Shown here in pieces: positions 25,454-33,636 of a DNA stretch of 46,747 bases. Under the pieces are notes generated by a model, which was not told the DNA's origin, ran no database searches, and saw nothing but the letters and a program-made list of their open reading frames with translations. Each line of letters begins with the position of its first letter. The stretch's first letter is position 1. Origin of the DNA: a virus; the IMG/VR virus record IMGVR_UViG_3300045988_113737. One strand, written 5' to 3'. A program made the translations under genes and the position numbers.

Positions 25454-26269
25454 TTAAACGCAGAAGCCGAAGGACACACCATACGAGATGCTGGCGCCGT
25501 TATTGTTGGCGTCACCCGAGGCGTCCACAGGGCAGAAACTGGTGGTGTGGTCGCTACGAGGCGAACGCTCCCACCGCCAATCCCGCTCACCGTTCTGCTT
25601 GCACTTTCCGTATTCGGTATTCTCCTGACGATACCAGTCATACCACTTGCCTTCTCCGCCGATAGAGTAAATCTTCCGGCCAAAAATCTCCTGCTCGGAG
25701 AGGATAAACAGAGGATCAGAGGTCATCCCGATCTTCTGACTACCACCGCCCAGACAGGTTTCCTTCAAGCAAGGTTTGATGACACTGAGTAAATCGTCAG
25801 GAAGCAGTTCGATGATGGAATTGTTCAACATCTTGCGGAGCTGAGAATTCTGCCAACCACCCTTGTTCGTGTATTCCGGGTTCATCTGAAAATCATCATT
25901 GAGGGTTTCCACCGTTTCAAAGCTGATCGGGAGGATATTGCTGTGCTTGTCTCTATCATGATTGAAACCGATGATACGGACATGAATGGTGGTGCCATCT
26001 TTCAGCTGCACCGTCTTGGTATCACCCAGAGAGAAAACCTTATCGGCCATTCCGCTCTTGCCGTACATATCAATCTCGGCCCAAGAGCAATCGTCCAGTT
26101 TCATCTTCGGGAGATCAGGAATACCGTAAATCCGGCCATCGGCGGGAACCTTGCAACAGGGACAAACAGGAGGCTTCTGCATGGAGGCAATGACTTCTTT
26201 CTGGTAATTGATCGTCCGCTCCATGCGGTCAAACTCAGCTGCAAGCTGGGAAAATACATTCTTATTCAT
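25454..26269 (-). CDS. DGR target protein 2 (remote variable protein)
   Basis: C-terminus WRWERSPRSDHTTSFCPVDASGDANNNGASISYGVSFGFCV is encoded by VR2. Body is homologous to 35993..37138. Confidence 0.85.
   Translation of the reverse strand: MNKNVFSQLAAEFDRMERTINYQKEVIASMQKPPVCPCCKVPADGRIYGIPDLPKMKLDDCSWAEIDMYGKSGMADKVFSLGDTKTVQLKDGTTIHVRIIGFNHDRDKHSNILPISFETVETLNDDFQMNPEYTNKGGWQNSQLRKMLNNSIIELLPDDLLSVIKPCLKETCLGGGSQKIGMTSDPLFILSEQEIFGRKIYSIGGEGKWYDWYRQENTEYGKCKQNGERDWRWERSPRSDHTTSFCPVDASGDANNNGASISYGVSFGFCV
25460..25575 (-). repeat. DGR variable repeat VR2
   Basis: Gap-free alignment to TR 35343..35458. 16 of 17 mismatches are at TR plus-strand T (coding-strand A). Confidence 0.85.
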
Positions 26270-26309
26270 GTGAAAATCTCCTTTTCAATTTTCAAACATC
26301 GTGTTATAA

Positions 26310-26546
26310 TCAAATTGAGCATTTACGCTTGCCGCTTTTCGGTCTGCTACACCGGGAGCGGCTTTTCTTTTTCTGCGTGGGGTAAAAGGCTCCGGCCAGT
26401 TTGCAGAACACATAGAAACAGGCCAAGGCTAAGATCATGTGGATTGTCCCGGTGCCGAGGGATAACATATCCTGTTCCACAGCTCCGATTGTTCCATAGA
26501 GCCAGAAGAACGAGGCTACGGCTAAAAACCCAGATACTTTTCTCAT
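26310..26546 (-). CDS. Small membrane protein (2 TM, basic tail)
   Basis: Two hydrophobic segments followed by KKKSRSRCSRPKSGKRK. ATGA overlap with the upstream gene. Confidence 0.55.
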   Translation of the reverse strand: MRKVSGFLAVASFFWLYGTIGAVEQDMLSLGTGTIHMILALACFYVFCKLAGAFYPTQKKKSRSRCSRPKSGKRKCSI

Positions 26547-26998
26547 GCAATCACCTCGTCCATGGCTCGGAACACATCAGACAGTTCTTCCAAACTTTCA
26601 TACTTCGCTTTGAATACCTGCATATCCGCTTTGGCTTTCAGGAGCAAATTCGTTCTAAGTTCGTTATCCGACAGAACCCTTGAAATGCTTAGATAAGACC
26701 GGGTATCATTTACTTTGGTGTTCACAAAGGCTCTTACGGGAACGGACTCTTTTGAGGGTCTTTCCTCCACCACGGTTATCTGCCGGATGAAATATGCGGC
26801 CTGATCTTCTCGGTACTTTTCAGCTGCAACATTGTCATCCCATTCAAAGTCATCATGGAGGGGAGAACCAATCTCTCTGTTTGCGTCAAGCAGATTTTTG
26901 GGTGTAAGACCGCCTGTTTCTTCAAGCCGCCTCATTTGCTCTCCCGCCGCTTGTGGGTCTGCCTTAACACAAGCAAGCGGTTTCCATTGAAAAACCAT
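26543..26998 (-). CDS. Hypothetical early protein (151 aa)
   Basis: AAAGGAGGAAAA RBS. PLHDDFEWDDNVAAEKYREDQAAYFIRQI. Confidence 0.6.
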   Translation of the reverse strand: MVFQWKPLACVKADPQAAGEQMRRLEETGGLTPKNLLDANREIGSPLHDDFEWDDNVAAEKYREDQAAYFIRQITVVEERPSKESVPVRAFVNTKVNDTRSYLSISRVLSDNELRTNLLLKAKADMQVFKAKYESLEELSDVFRAMDEVIA

Positions 26999-27039
26999 AA
27001 TTTTCCTCCTTTCTTCAAACTACCGTACCTTGGCCCACG

Positions 27040-27440
27040 GCACCCCGAGATAACACACCTGAACCAACCCCGCCTGCCGTGCCTAACACCACCATGCCTC
27101 ACTTCACCTTGCCATAAGCGAACTCACCAAGCCTGCCTTACCGAAACTTACCTGAATTTACCTAAACCATCCTCGCCTCTCCAAACCTCACCTTGCCTGC
27201 CTTGAAAGAACCTTGCCTCAACTGACCAAACCTTACCTTGCGATAACAAACCGAACCATGCCTGCCATGCCAGATCACGCCACGCCATACCGAACCTTAC
27301 CCTTACACGCCGTACCTGCCATAACTGAACACTCCATGCCTTGGCTCTCCACATTAGACCTTACCGGAACCCGCCTAACCTGCCGAGCCGTAACCAGACA
27401 AGCCTAAACTAAACGCACCTGAACTAAACACACCTGCCAT
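27040..27440 (-). repeat. Strand-skewed spacer without credible coding potential, carrying 7 periodic CCTGCC (minus-strand GGCAGG) motifs
   Basis: Plus strand is C/A-rich and G-poor. CCTGCC at 27073, 27132, 27196, 27261, 27315, 27379 and 27433. Dense GG-N3-GG on the sense strand. Confidence 0.8.
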
Positions 27441-27442
27441 AT

Positions 27443-28078
27443 TCAGCACACATGGTATCTACCGTAATTTCCGCCCTTTTCCGGCCTCCACTCACCGATA
27501 CCAACGGCAAAACCGCCAAGATTGAAGAGGTTACACAGCTGAGCCAGAGAAAGAACACCGGCGTTGTATTTGACAGTGAAGGTGATAGACCAATCAGAGA
27601 ACTCAGCACGGTAGCGAATATCAGCCGTCCCCATGCCGACACGAACCATGTCCTCTCGAATTTGAGGAACCCCGTTGATCTCCACATACTCTTCGTCAAT
27701 GTGAAAAGCTCCGTTCATCTCGACTTTGTTCTTAGTGACACCGGCTCTGAAACCAGCGGACACAGCAGAAGCCTTTACGCCGACAGCGGGGAAGCCAAAT
27801 TTCGCTCCATTTTCAAGAGCCTTTTGAAATTCCTCCGGGGTATTGTGTTCGGGCTTGCCGGAAAGGAAGTAGATAGTATCGACAAAATCAGAGAAGGGGT
27901 CTTTTGCGTCATGCCCCTTAGTGGTAGCAACCTTCATCTGCTTATCCAACATCATCTTCTTAGCCTTTTCGCTCCACTTATGGACGATCAGGGGACTGTC
28001 ACCCTTGATGGTGATGGGGGCCGTGCGAATGTCGATTGCCGGGATGGTGATGACTTCGGTTTCCTTTTTAACTGCCAT
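27443..28078 (-). CDS. Conserved early phage protein, function unknown
   Basis: Start at MAVKKE after GGAGGA. ...GIGEWRPEKGGNYGRYHVC C-terminus. Confidence 0.6.
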   Translation of the reverse strand: MAVKKETEVITIPAIDIRTAPITIKGDSPLIVHKWSEKAKKMMLDKQMKVATTKGHDAKDPFSDFVDTIYFLSGKPEHNTPEEFQKALENGAKFGFPAVGVKASAVSAGFRAGVTKNKVEMNGAFHIDEEYVEINGVPQIREDMVRVGMGTADIRYRAEFSDWSITFTVKYNAGVLSLAQLCNLFNLGGFAVGIGEWRPEKGGNYGRYHVC

Positions 28079-28253
28079 TACTAATTCCTCCATTTATAGG
28101 TTTCCATTGATACTTCTTGCCATATTTTTGTTCATACCAACTCTCAAATGCTTTCCGGTGTTCTTCATCGGTGAAATACTCCCGGACTCTCTGAACCAGC
28201 AACAGGCTTGCGGCTCTGGCCTGAGCTTGCACCTCTGGTACAAACACACTCAT
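28068..28253 (-). CDS. Hypothetical protein (61 aa)
   Basis: ATGA overlap with the upstream gene. Confidence 0.5.
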   Translation of the reverse strand: MSVFVPEVQAQARAASLLLVQRVREYFTDEEHRKAFESWYEQKYGKKYQWKPINGGISNGS

Positions 28254-28549
28254 GGCTCCTTACACGGCCCCATGCGCTCCTGATACTCTCGCAGAATGGA
28301 AAGGGAACGGCGAAGAATTTCATCCGCCTTACTACCAGTTCGGACACCGGCCAGTGTTGCCGACATTTCAAACTTATCGGTCATCAGTCCTTCATCGGAC
28401 AACTGCCGAATGAGCCATGTGTAGGTCAGACTGAAACCTTCCACGAGGGTTCTGATCTGCTCTGCAATGCTGGTGCGCTCAGGTTCACTCAGCCGTACCA
28501 CAAGTGCGTCAGATGTCCAATAGGGGCGAGGGGTGGGGGTTGCTCCCAT
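28250..28549 (-). CDS. First early gene; possible RHH/Cro-like regulator
   Basis: Start at MGATPT after AAGGGAGG. VVRLSEPERTSIAEQIRTLVEG is RHH-like. Divergent from the repressor gene. Confidence 0.4.
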   Translation of the reverse strand: MGATPTPRPYWTSDALVVRLSEPERTSIAEQIRTLVEGFSLTYTWLIRQLSDEGLMTDKFEMSATLAGVRTGSKADEILRRSLSILREYQERMGPCKEP

Positions 28550-28597
28550 CGTGTTACCTCCCTTCATTCGATTTACAACAAAAGTTATAAATTATCC

Positions 28598-28626
28598 TTG
28601 CAAGGGAAACTCTCTTATGCTATACT
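28598..28626 (+). promoter_or_regulatory. Sigma-70-like promoter directed toward the repressor gene
   Basis: TTGCAA-17 nt-TATACT. Confidence 0.45.
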
Positions 28627-28753
28627 GAACTTGCCACAGACCAATAAGCATTCGAGATTTCCTTTTGACTCAGGAGCCGAATTTCTTTTCAAAGAAGAGG
28701 AATTTGACCCCTCGGATTAGTGTTGCCTGTTTGTAACTTTCGTTGTTGTTATG

Positions 28754-28782
28754 AGTATAATCCCTATATGGTGAATTGTCAA
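28754..28782 (-). promoter_or_regulatory. Early lytic promoter (consensus -35)
   Basis: Minus strand TTGACA-17 nt-TATACT. Its -10 overlaps a plus-strand TATAAT (28756..28761). Flanked by TCCCTAT/ATAGGGA dyads. Confidence 0.6.
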
Positions 28783-28827
28783 TAGGGAAATTAGGGATTT
28801 TTCAAAAAATTATTTGAGGTGCATACT

Positions 28828-29205
28828 ATGACTTTTATTGAGAGGCTTGAACAATTAAGACAAGAGAAAGGTATTACCCGGAAAAAATTGCTGGAAGACT
28901 GTAAATTAGGGAAAAATCAATTCACTTACTGGGAGAAAAATAATGCCATTCCGACACCATCTGTATTGTTTGTTTTGGCCCGTTACCTCAAAGTTACGCC
29001 CGAGTATTTATTGGGAGAGAGTGACGATAAAGAAAAAGAAACAAGTGATATAGAGGCATTGCCTGATCTTGAACAAACTCTTTTGTTTTGCTTTGAAAAT
29101 TGTGACGCAATGGGTCAAATGCGTATTATTCAACTTGCCATGAACGAACACGATAGAACGCAAAAAGAAAAAACAGGCTCTACGGGAGAGTCTGTTATCG
29201 GCTAA
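28828..29205 (+). CDS. cI-like XRE-family repressor
   Basis: HTH ITRKKLLEDCKLGKNQFTYWEKNN. GAGGTG RBS. Divergent from the early operon, upstream of the integrase. Confidence 0.75.
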   Translation: MTFIERLEQLRQEKGITRKKLLEDCKLGKNQFTYWEKNNAIPTPSVLFVLARYLKVTPEYLLGESDDKEKETSDIEALPDLEQTLLFCFENCDAMGQMRIIQLAMNEHDRTQKEKTGSTGESVIG

Positions 29206-29262
29206 GGTCATAGAATTAGACAAATGGCGTAAAACACTGTAAAGAACTTGTGGGAGGCAATT

Positions 29263-29418
29263 ATGGAAAAGAAAGAGATTTCTGAATTATTTGACCGATT
29301 TACCAATGAACCGGACAAAGAAAAGCGTCATGCCATGATCGACAATCTTACAGAGGAACAGGCAAAACTTATCCTGAAATCTATTGCCGATTTCAAATAT
29401 AGAACCTCCCCGTTTTAA
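29263..29418 (+). CDS. Small hypothetical protein (51 aa)
   Basis: GGGAGG RBS. MEKKEISELFDRFTNEPDKEKRHAMIDNLTEEQAKLILKSIADFKYRTSPF. Confidence 0.5.
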   Translation: MEKKEISELFDRFTNEPDKEKRHAMIDNLTEEQAKLILKSIADFKYRTSPF

Positions 29419-29430
29419 GAGGTGTGCTGT

Positions 29431-31086
29431 ATGAAGAAGTTCAAATTCCCCATCGACCTGTCCATGCTGACAGAGGAAGAGATCAACCAATTCCGGGAAG
29501 ACCCCTCCACTCTGTTTCAAGGCGAGATTGATGTATGTCTTTACCTCCGGTTTAGTTCAGAACGGCAAAAGGAACAGTCTATTGAAGGACAGCTACGGGA
29601 CTGTATAGCCCATTGCAAACGGAAGAGTTACCGAATTGTAGCCATCTTCGTTGACCGTGCTACCACGGCCCGAAAAGATGTAGAGAAACGAGTCCACTTC
29701 CAAGAGATGATTACGGCCAGCGTACACCAGACATGGAAACTGGTCATCGTGTGGAAACTTGACCGCTTTGCCCGGAACCGGGAAGATAGTGCCGTCTTCA
29801 AAATGAGGCTCAGGAAGAACGGTGTCAAGGTTGAATCCGCCACCGAAGGTATTTCCAAAAACCCGGAAGGTATCATCTTGGAAGCCGTCTTGGAGGGTAT
29901 TGCTGAATACTACTCCGCTGACCTCTCCCAGAAGATCACCCGAGGCATGAGAGAGTCCGCTTTGAAGTGTCACAGCATAGGAGGCCATGTTCCCCTCGGC
30001 TACAAGATTGAAGATCACAGACTGGTCATCAATCCCAATACCGCTCACATTGTCCAGGAGGCTTTTGAACTCTATGCCAATGGAGAAACCGTGGCCGATA
30101 TTTGCCGTATGTTCAACACAAAAGGCTACCGGACAGCCAAGGGAGCCGAATTCAACCGGAACAGTTTCAAATCCATGTTCCGAAACAAACGGTATATCGG
30201 GGTCTATACCTACAAAGAGATCGAGAAGGAAGGTGGTGTTCCAGCGATCATCGACAAGGAACTATTTGAAACCGTCCAAAGACGGCTCTCAGCCAATGCA
30301 GAAGCCCCGGCAAGGGGCAAGGCTAAGGTAGATTACCTCTTGGCCGGAAAACTGTTCTGCGGCCATTGTGGAGGCTCTATGAACGGGGAAAGCGGCACCA
30401 GTAAGACCGGAGCCATTCACCATTATTACTCTTGTTATTCAAGAAAGCGACACCACTCTTGCGATAAGAAGCCTCTCAGGAAAGAGTGGATTGAACAGAT
30501 CGTGGCTCAGGACGCTATGGAGCTGCTGACCGATGACGCTATTCAGGAAATGGCTGATATGGCAATCTCCCAAACAGAAAAGGACTTGCGGGAAAATACT
30601 CGCATTCCTGAACTGTCCGAAAGGATGAAGGAAACTGAGAGCGGTATCGCCAATATCACAAAGGCCGTGGAGAAAGGCATTGCCTCTGACGCTCTCATGA
30701 GCCGTCTGGTGGAACTGGAAAAGGAAAAGAAAAATCTTCTCCGGTTGATAGCCGAAGAAGAAAAGTATGTCTGTAAAATCGACAGAGATCAGATTGTCTA
30801 TTGGCTTACCAAATTCAAGAACGGCAACATTGAAGACGAGAACTTCAAGAGGATTATCATTGATCTCATGGTAAACTCAGTCACAGTATGGGACGAGCCT
30901 GACGACTTCCGTATTACCACCGCATATAATCTAACCTCCTGCAAAAACAAGACTTTCCGAATACCCTCTTCCTCTGATAAGGGGTTCGGATTTGAGGGGT
31001 TAGAGTCCACCATTGAACGCAAATCCGAACCCTGCTTTGTGTGGGGGACGATTTTCGTTCAAACAAAAAGACACTCCTTGCCGTAA
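29431..31086 (+). CDS. Large serine recombinase (integrase)
   Basis: Catalytic LYLRFSSERQ, resolvase plus recombinase domains, zinc ribbon CGHCGG...CYSRKRHHSC, coiled-coil C-terminus. Confidence 0.9.
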   Translation: MKKFKFPIDLSMLTEEEINQFREDPSTLFQGEIDVCLYLRFSSERQKEQSIEGQLRDCIAHCKRKSYRIVAIFVDRATTARKDVEKRVHFQEMITASVHQTWKLVIVWKLDRFARNREDSAVFKMRLRKNGVKVESATEGISKNPEGIILEAVLEGIAEYYSADLSQKITRGMRESALKCHSIGGHVPLGYKIEDHRLVINPNTAHIVQEAFELYANGETVADICRMFNTKGYRTAKGAEFNRNSFKSMFRNKRYIGVYTYKEIEKEGGVPAIIDKELFETVQRRLSANAEAPARGKAKVDYLLAGKLFCGHCGGSMNGESGTSKTGAIHHYYSCYSRKRHHSCDKKPLRKEWIEQIVAQDAMELLTDDAIQEMADMAISQTEKDLRENTRIPELSERMKETESGIANITKAVEKGIASDALMSRLVELEKEKKNLLRLIAEEEKYVCKIDRDQIVYWLTKFKNGNIEDENFKRIIIDLMVNSVTVWDEPDDFRITTAYNLTSCKNKTFRIPSSSDKGFGFEGLESTIERKSEPCFVWGTIFVQTKRHSLP

Positions 31087-31109
31087 ATGGCAGGGAGTGT
31101 CCTCTTTTT
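31071..31109 (+). terminator. Rho-independent terminator of the integrase gene
   Basis: 12-bp stem acactccttgcc/ggcagggagtgt followed by cctcttttt. Confidence 0.8.
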
Positions 31110-31161
31110 GCCTATTTTGGGGTTCGACTCTCCATCAAAAAAGTTCGACTCTTCAATAGGG

Positions 31162-31371
31162 TCAACCCTCTTCGCCGGTAAATCCGTTGGCCTTGGCACA
31201 TCGAAGTGCCCCAAGTATCATAGTGTCCTGAGCCAAAGTTCTCTTCTTCAACTCATAGAGCGGGGTTCTCCGGTGGTCATCCCATTCAATGAGCTGCTTC
31301 TTATCGTGGGTCACGATACCGACATACAGATTTATCAGCTTGTCCAATGTCAGGTCTGTCAGCACTTGCAT
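31162..31371 (-). CDS. Hypothetical protein (69 aa)
   Basis: Start chosen at MQVLTDL. Last gene of the lysis-side operon. Confidence 0.5.
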   Translation of the reverse strand: MQVLTDLTLDKLINLYVGIVTHDKKQLIEWDDHRRTPLYELKKRTLAQDTMILGALRCAKANGFTGEEG

Positions 31372-31375
31372 TTTA

Positions 31376-31618
31376 TCACCCCACAGCGTCATCCTCGGAA
31401 GACTTGTCCTTGATCTTGATACCAAACAGCAGGGCCAATTCCACCGTCCACGCTGAGAACCATGCCACGGTCAATTCTGAGGAAATCATGTGGTCGTGGA
31501 AATTGGCAACCAGAACGGCCACGGTGTACCAGAACAGATTAAACATAGAGAAAACCGTGAAGAGGGTTCTCTTCTTGATATTCTTCTTCGGCTTCTTGGC
31601 TACTCGCTTGCCGCTCAT
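31376..31618 (-). CDS. Membrane protein downstream of endolysin
   Basis: Basic N-terminus and two hydrophobic segments. Confidence 0.55.
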   Translation of the reverse strand: MSGKRVAKKPKKNIKKRTLFTVFSMFNLFWYTVAVLVANFHDHMISSELTVAWFSAWTVELALLFGIKIKDKSSEDDAVG

Positions 31619-31628
31619 GATCTTAACC

Positions 31629-32495
31629 TCACTTCTTCAAGTAGGACGCAGACGCAAATCCGATATAGGTCACGCCGTTGTAGGTGAACTTCACATACAG
31701 CCACTTCACGCCGCCTACCAGAGTGTAGTAACCGTAGTTCTGAACCTTAGTACCCTTGGGGATAGCCACCAGCACTTTGTTGTTCGTGCCAGCTGCATTC
31801 CGCACATTCAGGCCGCTTGCGGCGGTCACGGTATAAGTCCCGGCCAGAGATTTGTCAAAACCGGTAGCCACACCGGTAGCCTTGACCTCCTTACCGGAAG
31901 CGGGAGTAGAAGGAGTGTCTTTATCGGGCGTAGGAGCCTCCGTCTGGCCGCTGTACTCCACATAGGGGATATGACCATGCTTCTTCCATGTCCGGGCGTT
32001 GTAGCCGCTCTTGGAGCCGATATTGGCAACAGCGGTGATCTGCACACAGTTCTTCCACTTGGGCGTACACTCGACAGCCAGACCGTCACCGATGTAGATA
32101 CCGATATGGCCGGTAGTCCATACCACCTCACCGACCTCCATGCTGTCCCAGCCGGTGGTAGAAGCGTCAGGACACTTCTTAATCATGCTGTCTGCCCCAA
32201 TATCGGGAACATTGTTGGAGGCATACTTGGCACCGCCATAGGTAGCGTTCTTATCGCCATCCCAGCCCCATAAGATACCCTTGATAAGACACACACAGTC
32301 AAAACCAAAGGTGTCCTCAGAAGCGGCGTTAATCATCTTCACCCGAGCCGCAGCTTTGTTGTAGGAGTGATTGGTGGTGTACCGCTTCTTATTGGCCGAA
32401 GTCATGGGGGCACCGAAGCACCCCATGACATACAGCGTCTTGTAGTTCTTCGCAATGTCAATGGCCTTGCTGACCAGTTCACTTGCTTTCATCAT
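31629..32495 (-). CDS. Endolysin (NlpC/P60-like peptidase plus SH3b-like wall-binding domain)
   Basis: FDCVCLIKG (Cys), GHIGIYIGDG (His). C-terminal GLNVRNAAGTNNKVLVAIPKGTKV. Follows the holin. Confidence 0.75.
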   Translation of the reverse strand: MMKASELVSKAIDIAKNYKTLYVMGCFGAPMTSANKKRYTTNHSYNKAAARVKMINAASEDTFGFDCVCLIKGILWGWDGDKNATYGGAKYASNNVPDIGADSMIKKCPDASTTGWDSMEVGEVVWTTGHIGIYIGDGLAVECTPKWKNCVQITAVANIGSKSGYNARTWKKHGHIPYVEYSGQTEAPTPDKDTPSTPASGKEVKATGVATGFDKSLAGTYTVTAASGLNVRNAAGTNNKVLVAIPKGTKVQNYGYYTLVGGVKWLYVKFTYNGVTYIGFASASYLKK

Positions 32496-32498
32496 GGC

Positions 32499-32708
32499 TT
32501 ATTCCTCCTTACCGGCACTGTCCATCAGGTCTTGTGTACGCTGGCTCTGAGTGCCGAAGTAGAACGCAATGATGACCGCATAGATGGTCATGAAGTCCTG
32601 ACTGATTTGATTGGTACACGCCATGTACGCAAATACAGCGGTAAGAGCCAGTGTAACCAGACTCTTGACGGACAGAAGAGTGGACAGACGCTTAATGATG
32701 TTTTCCAT
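32499..32708 (-). CDS. Holin
   Basis: 69 aa, two TM segments, charged C-terminus. Start MENIIKRL after AAAGGAGA. Confidence 0.7.
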   Translation of the reverse strand: MENIIKRLSTLLSVKSLVTLALTAVFAYMACTNQISQDFMTIYAVIIAFYFGTQSQRTQDLMDSAGKEE

Positions 32709-32727
32709 GATAATCTCCTTTCCAATT

Positions 32728-32899
32728 TTAGTGAGTATTTTAGTGATAAATCTCCCACTACCGAAAGCCCTTGCGCCACAAGGGATTGAGGGCAATTTTA
32801 CCGCCCATTTTTCATTTTTCGTGTATAAACCCTCTTATAGAACGCTCTATATAGAGGACTTTTCTGCAAAAGCCTTAGATTTATCACTAAACTCACTAA
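32728..32899. repeat. ~172-bp TIR-bounded intergenic element, copy B
   Basis: Terminal inverted repeats TTAGTGAG(TA)TTTAGTGATAAATCT at 32728..32753 and 32877..32899. Interior is homologous to copy A in reverse orientation. Confidence 0.85.
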
Positions 32900-32941
32900 G
32901 ATACACTAAAATTATTTTGTGGGTACACTAAATCATTTCAG

Positions 32942-33166
32942 TCAATCCGGCTTATGGAACTCTTCTAAGTCAGAAATCCGATGATTGATGACCTTGATTT
33001 GTTCCTCTACCACGGGCATTCGCTTGGCAAAATTGTTGTGTTCCCGGACTTCACGGGTCAACTCTTCCAGTTTGGTGTCCATAACGGCCTGAGTTTTACT
33101 GTTGGCGATCAAGACTCCCACCAGAGTAATCCCACCGGAAACAAGTGCGACAATGATAGCCTCCAT
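32942..33166 (-). CDS. XhlA-like membrane protein (lysis-associated)
   Basis: N-terminal TM followed by a coiled coil (KLEELTREVREHNNFAKRMPVVEEQIKVINHRISDLE). Start after GGGAGG. Confidence 0.55.
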   Translation of the reverse strand: MEAIIVALVSGGITLVGVLIANSKTQAVMDTKLEELTREVREHNNFAKRMPVVEEQIKVINHRISDLEEFHKPD

Positions 33167-33168
33167 TA

Positions 33169-33636
33169 TCAGCCCTCCCATTTCTGCCAAGCGGCGGCGT
33201 AATCTCCGGGGCTATAAGCAGTCCCATTCGGGTCAATACACTCGTAGATATTCCCGTCCGTCCATACCATAAACTCTCCCTGGCGGTACATATCATGTGC
33301 GCCCTGAACAGGAACATAGGGACGGGCCGTGTCCGGGCTTTTGCCATGCAGAGGCCGGTTGAAGGTGTACCATGCGGCATTTCCGGGAACAATGTCCGGG
33401 TACACCGCATTGTCGTAAGCCTGAAAACACTCCCAGGTCTGCTCCCATTCAGAGCCAAGGCCGTCCCCGGCATGGGTGTTGAAAATTTCTCCGACAGTGT
33501 GATTTCCTTTCACCCAATCGAGGTAAAGCCCGGAAGCCTTGATCTTCTGGTCATCGTCCTCAACCTGTTTCCCTTCCAGCATGAGCCGGGACATATAAAT
33601 TGCACTGGACAGAGCGTTCAACATTTTCTCGTTCAC
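33169..33636 (-). CDS. Hypothetical protein (155 aa)
   Basis: Track ORF. Aromatic-rich. Confidence 0.55.
   Translation of the reverse strand: MNEKMLNALSSAIYMSRLMLEGKQVEDDDQKIKASGLYLDWVKGNHTVGEIFNTHAGDGLGSEWEQTWECFQAYDNAVYPDIVPGNAAWYTFNRPLHGKSPDTARPYVPVQGAHDMYRQGEFMVWTDGNIYECIDPNGTAYSPGDYAAAWQKWEG

Noticed and set aside
27148-27354. 68-aa Trp/Arg-rich minus-strand ORF and two Pro/Thr/Leu-rich plus-strand ORFs (26855..27205, 27213..27407) in the skewed spacer
   Set aside because: Their composition simply mirrors the G/T versus C/A skew and the repeated GGCAGG motif. There is no convincing RBS or coupling to neighbours. They are treated as non-coding, although a tiny peptide cannot be excluded.
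31118-31156. tRNA gene or fragment suggested by GGTTCGACTC (T-loop-like)
   Set aside because: No acceptor, D or anticodon arms can be folded around it. The motif is simply duplicated 21 nt apart. No tRNA-like cloverleaf was found in the other intergenic regions I inspected.
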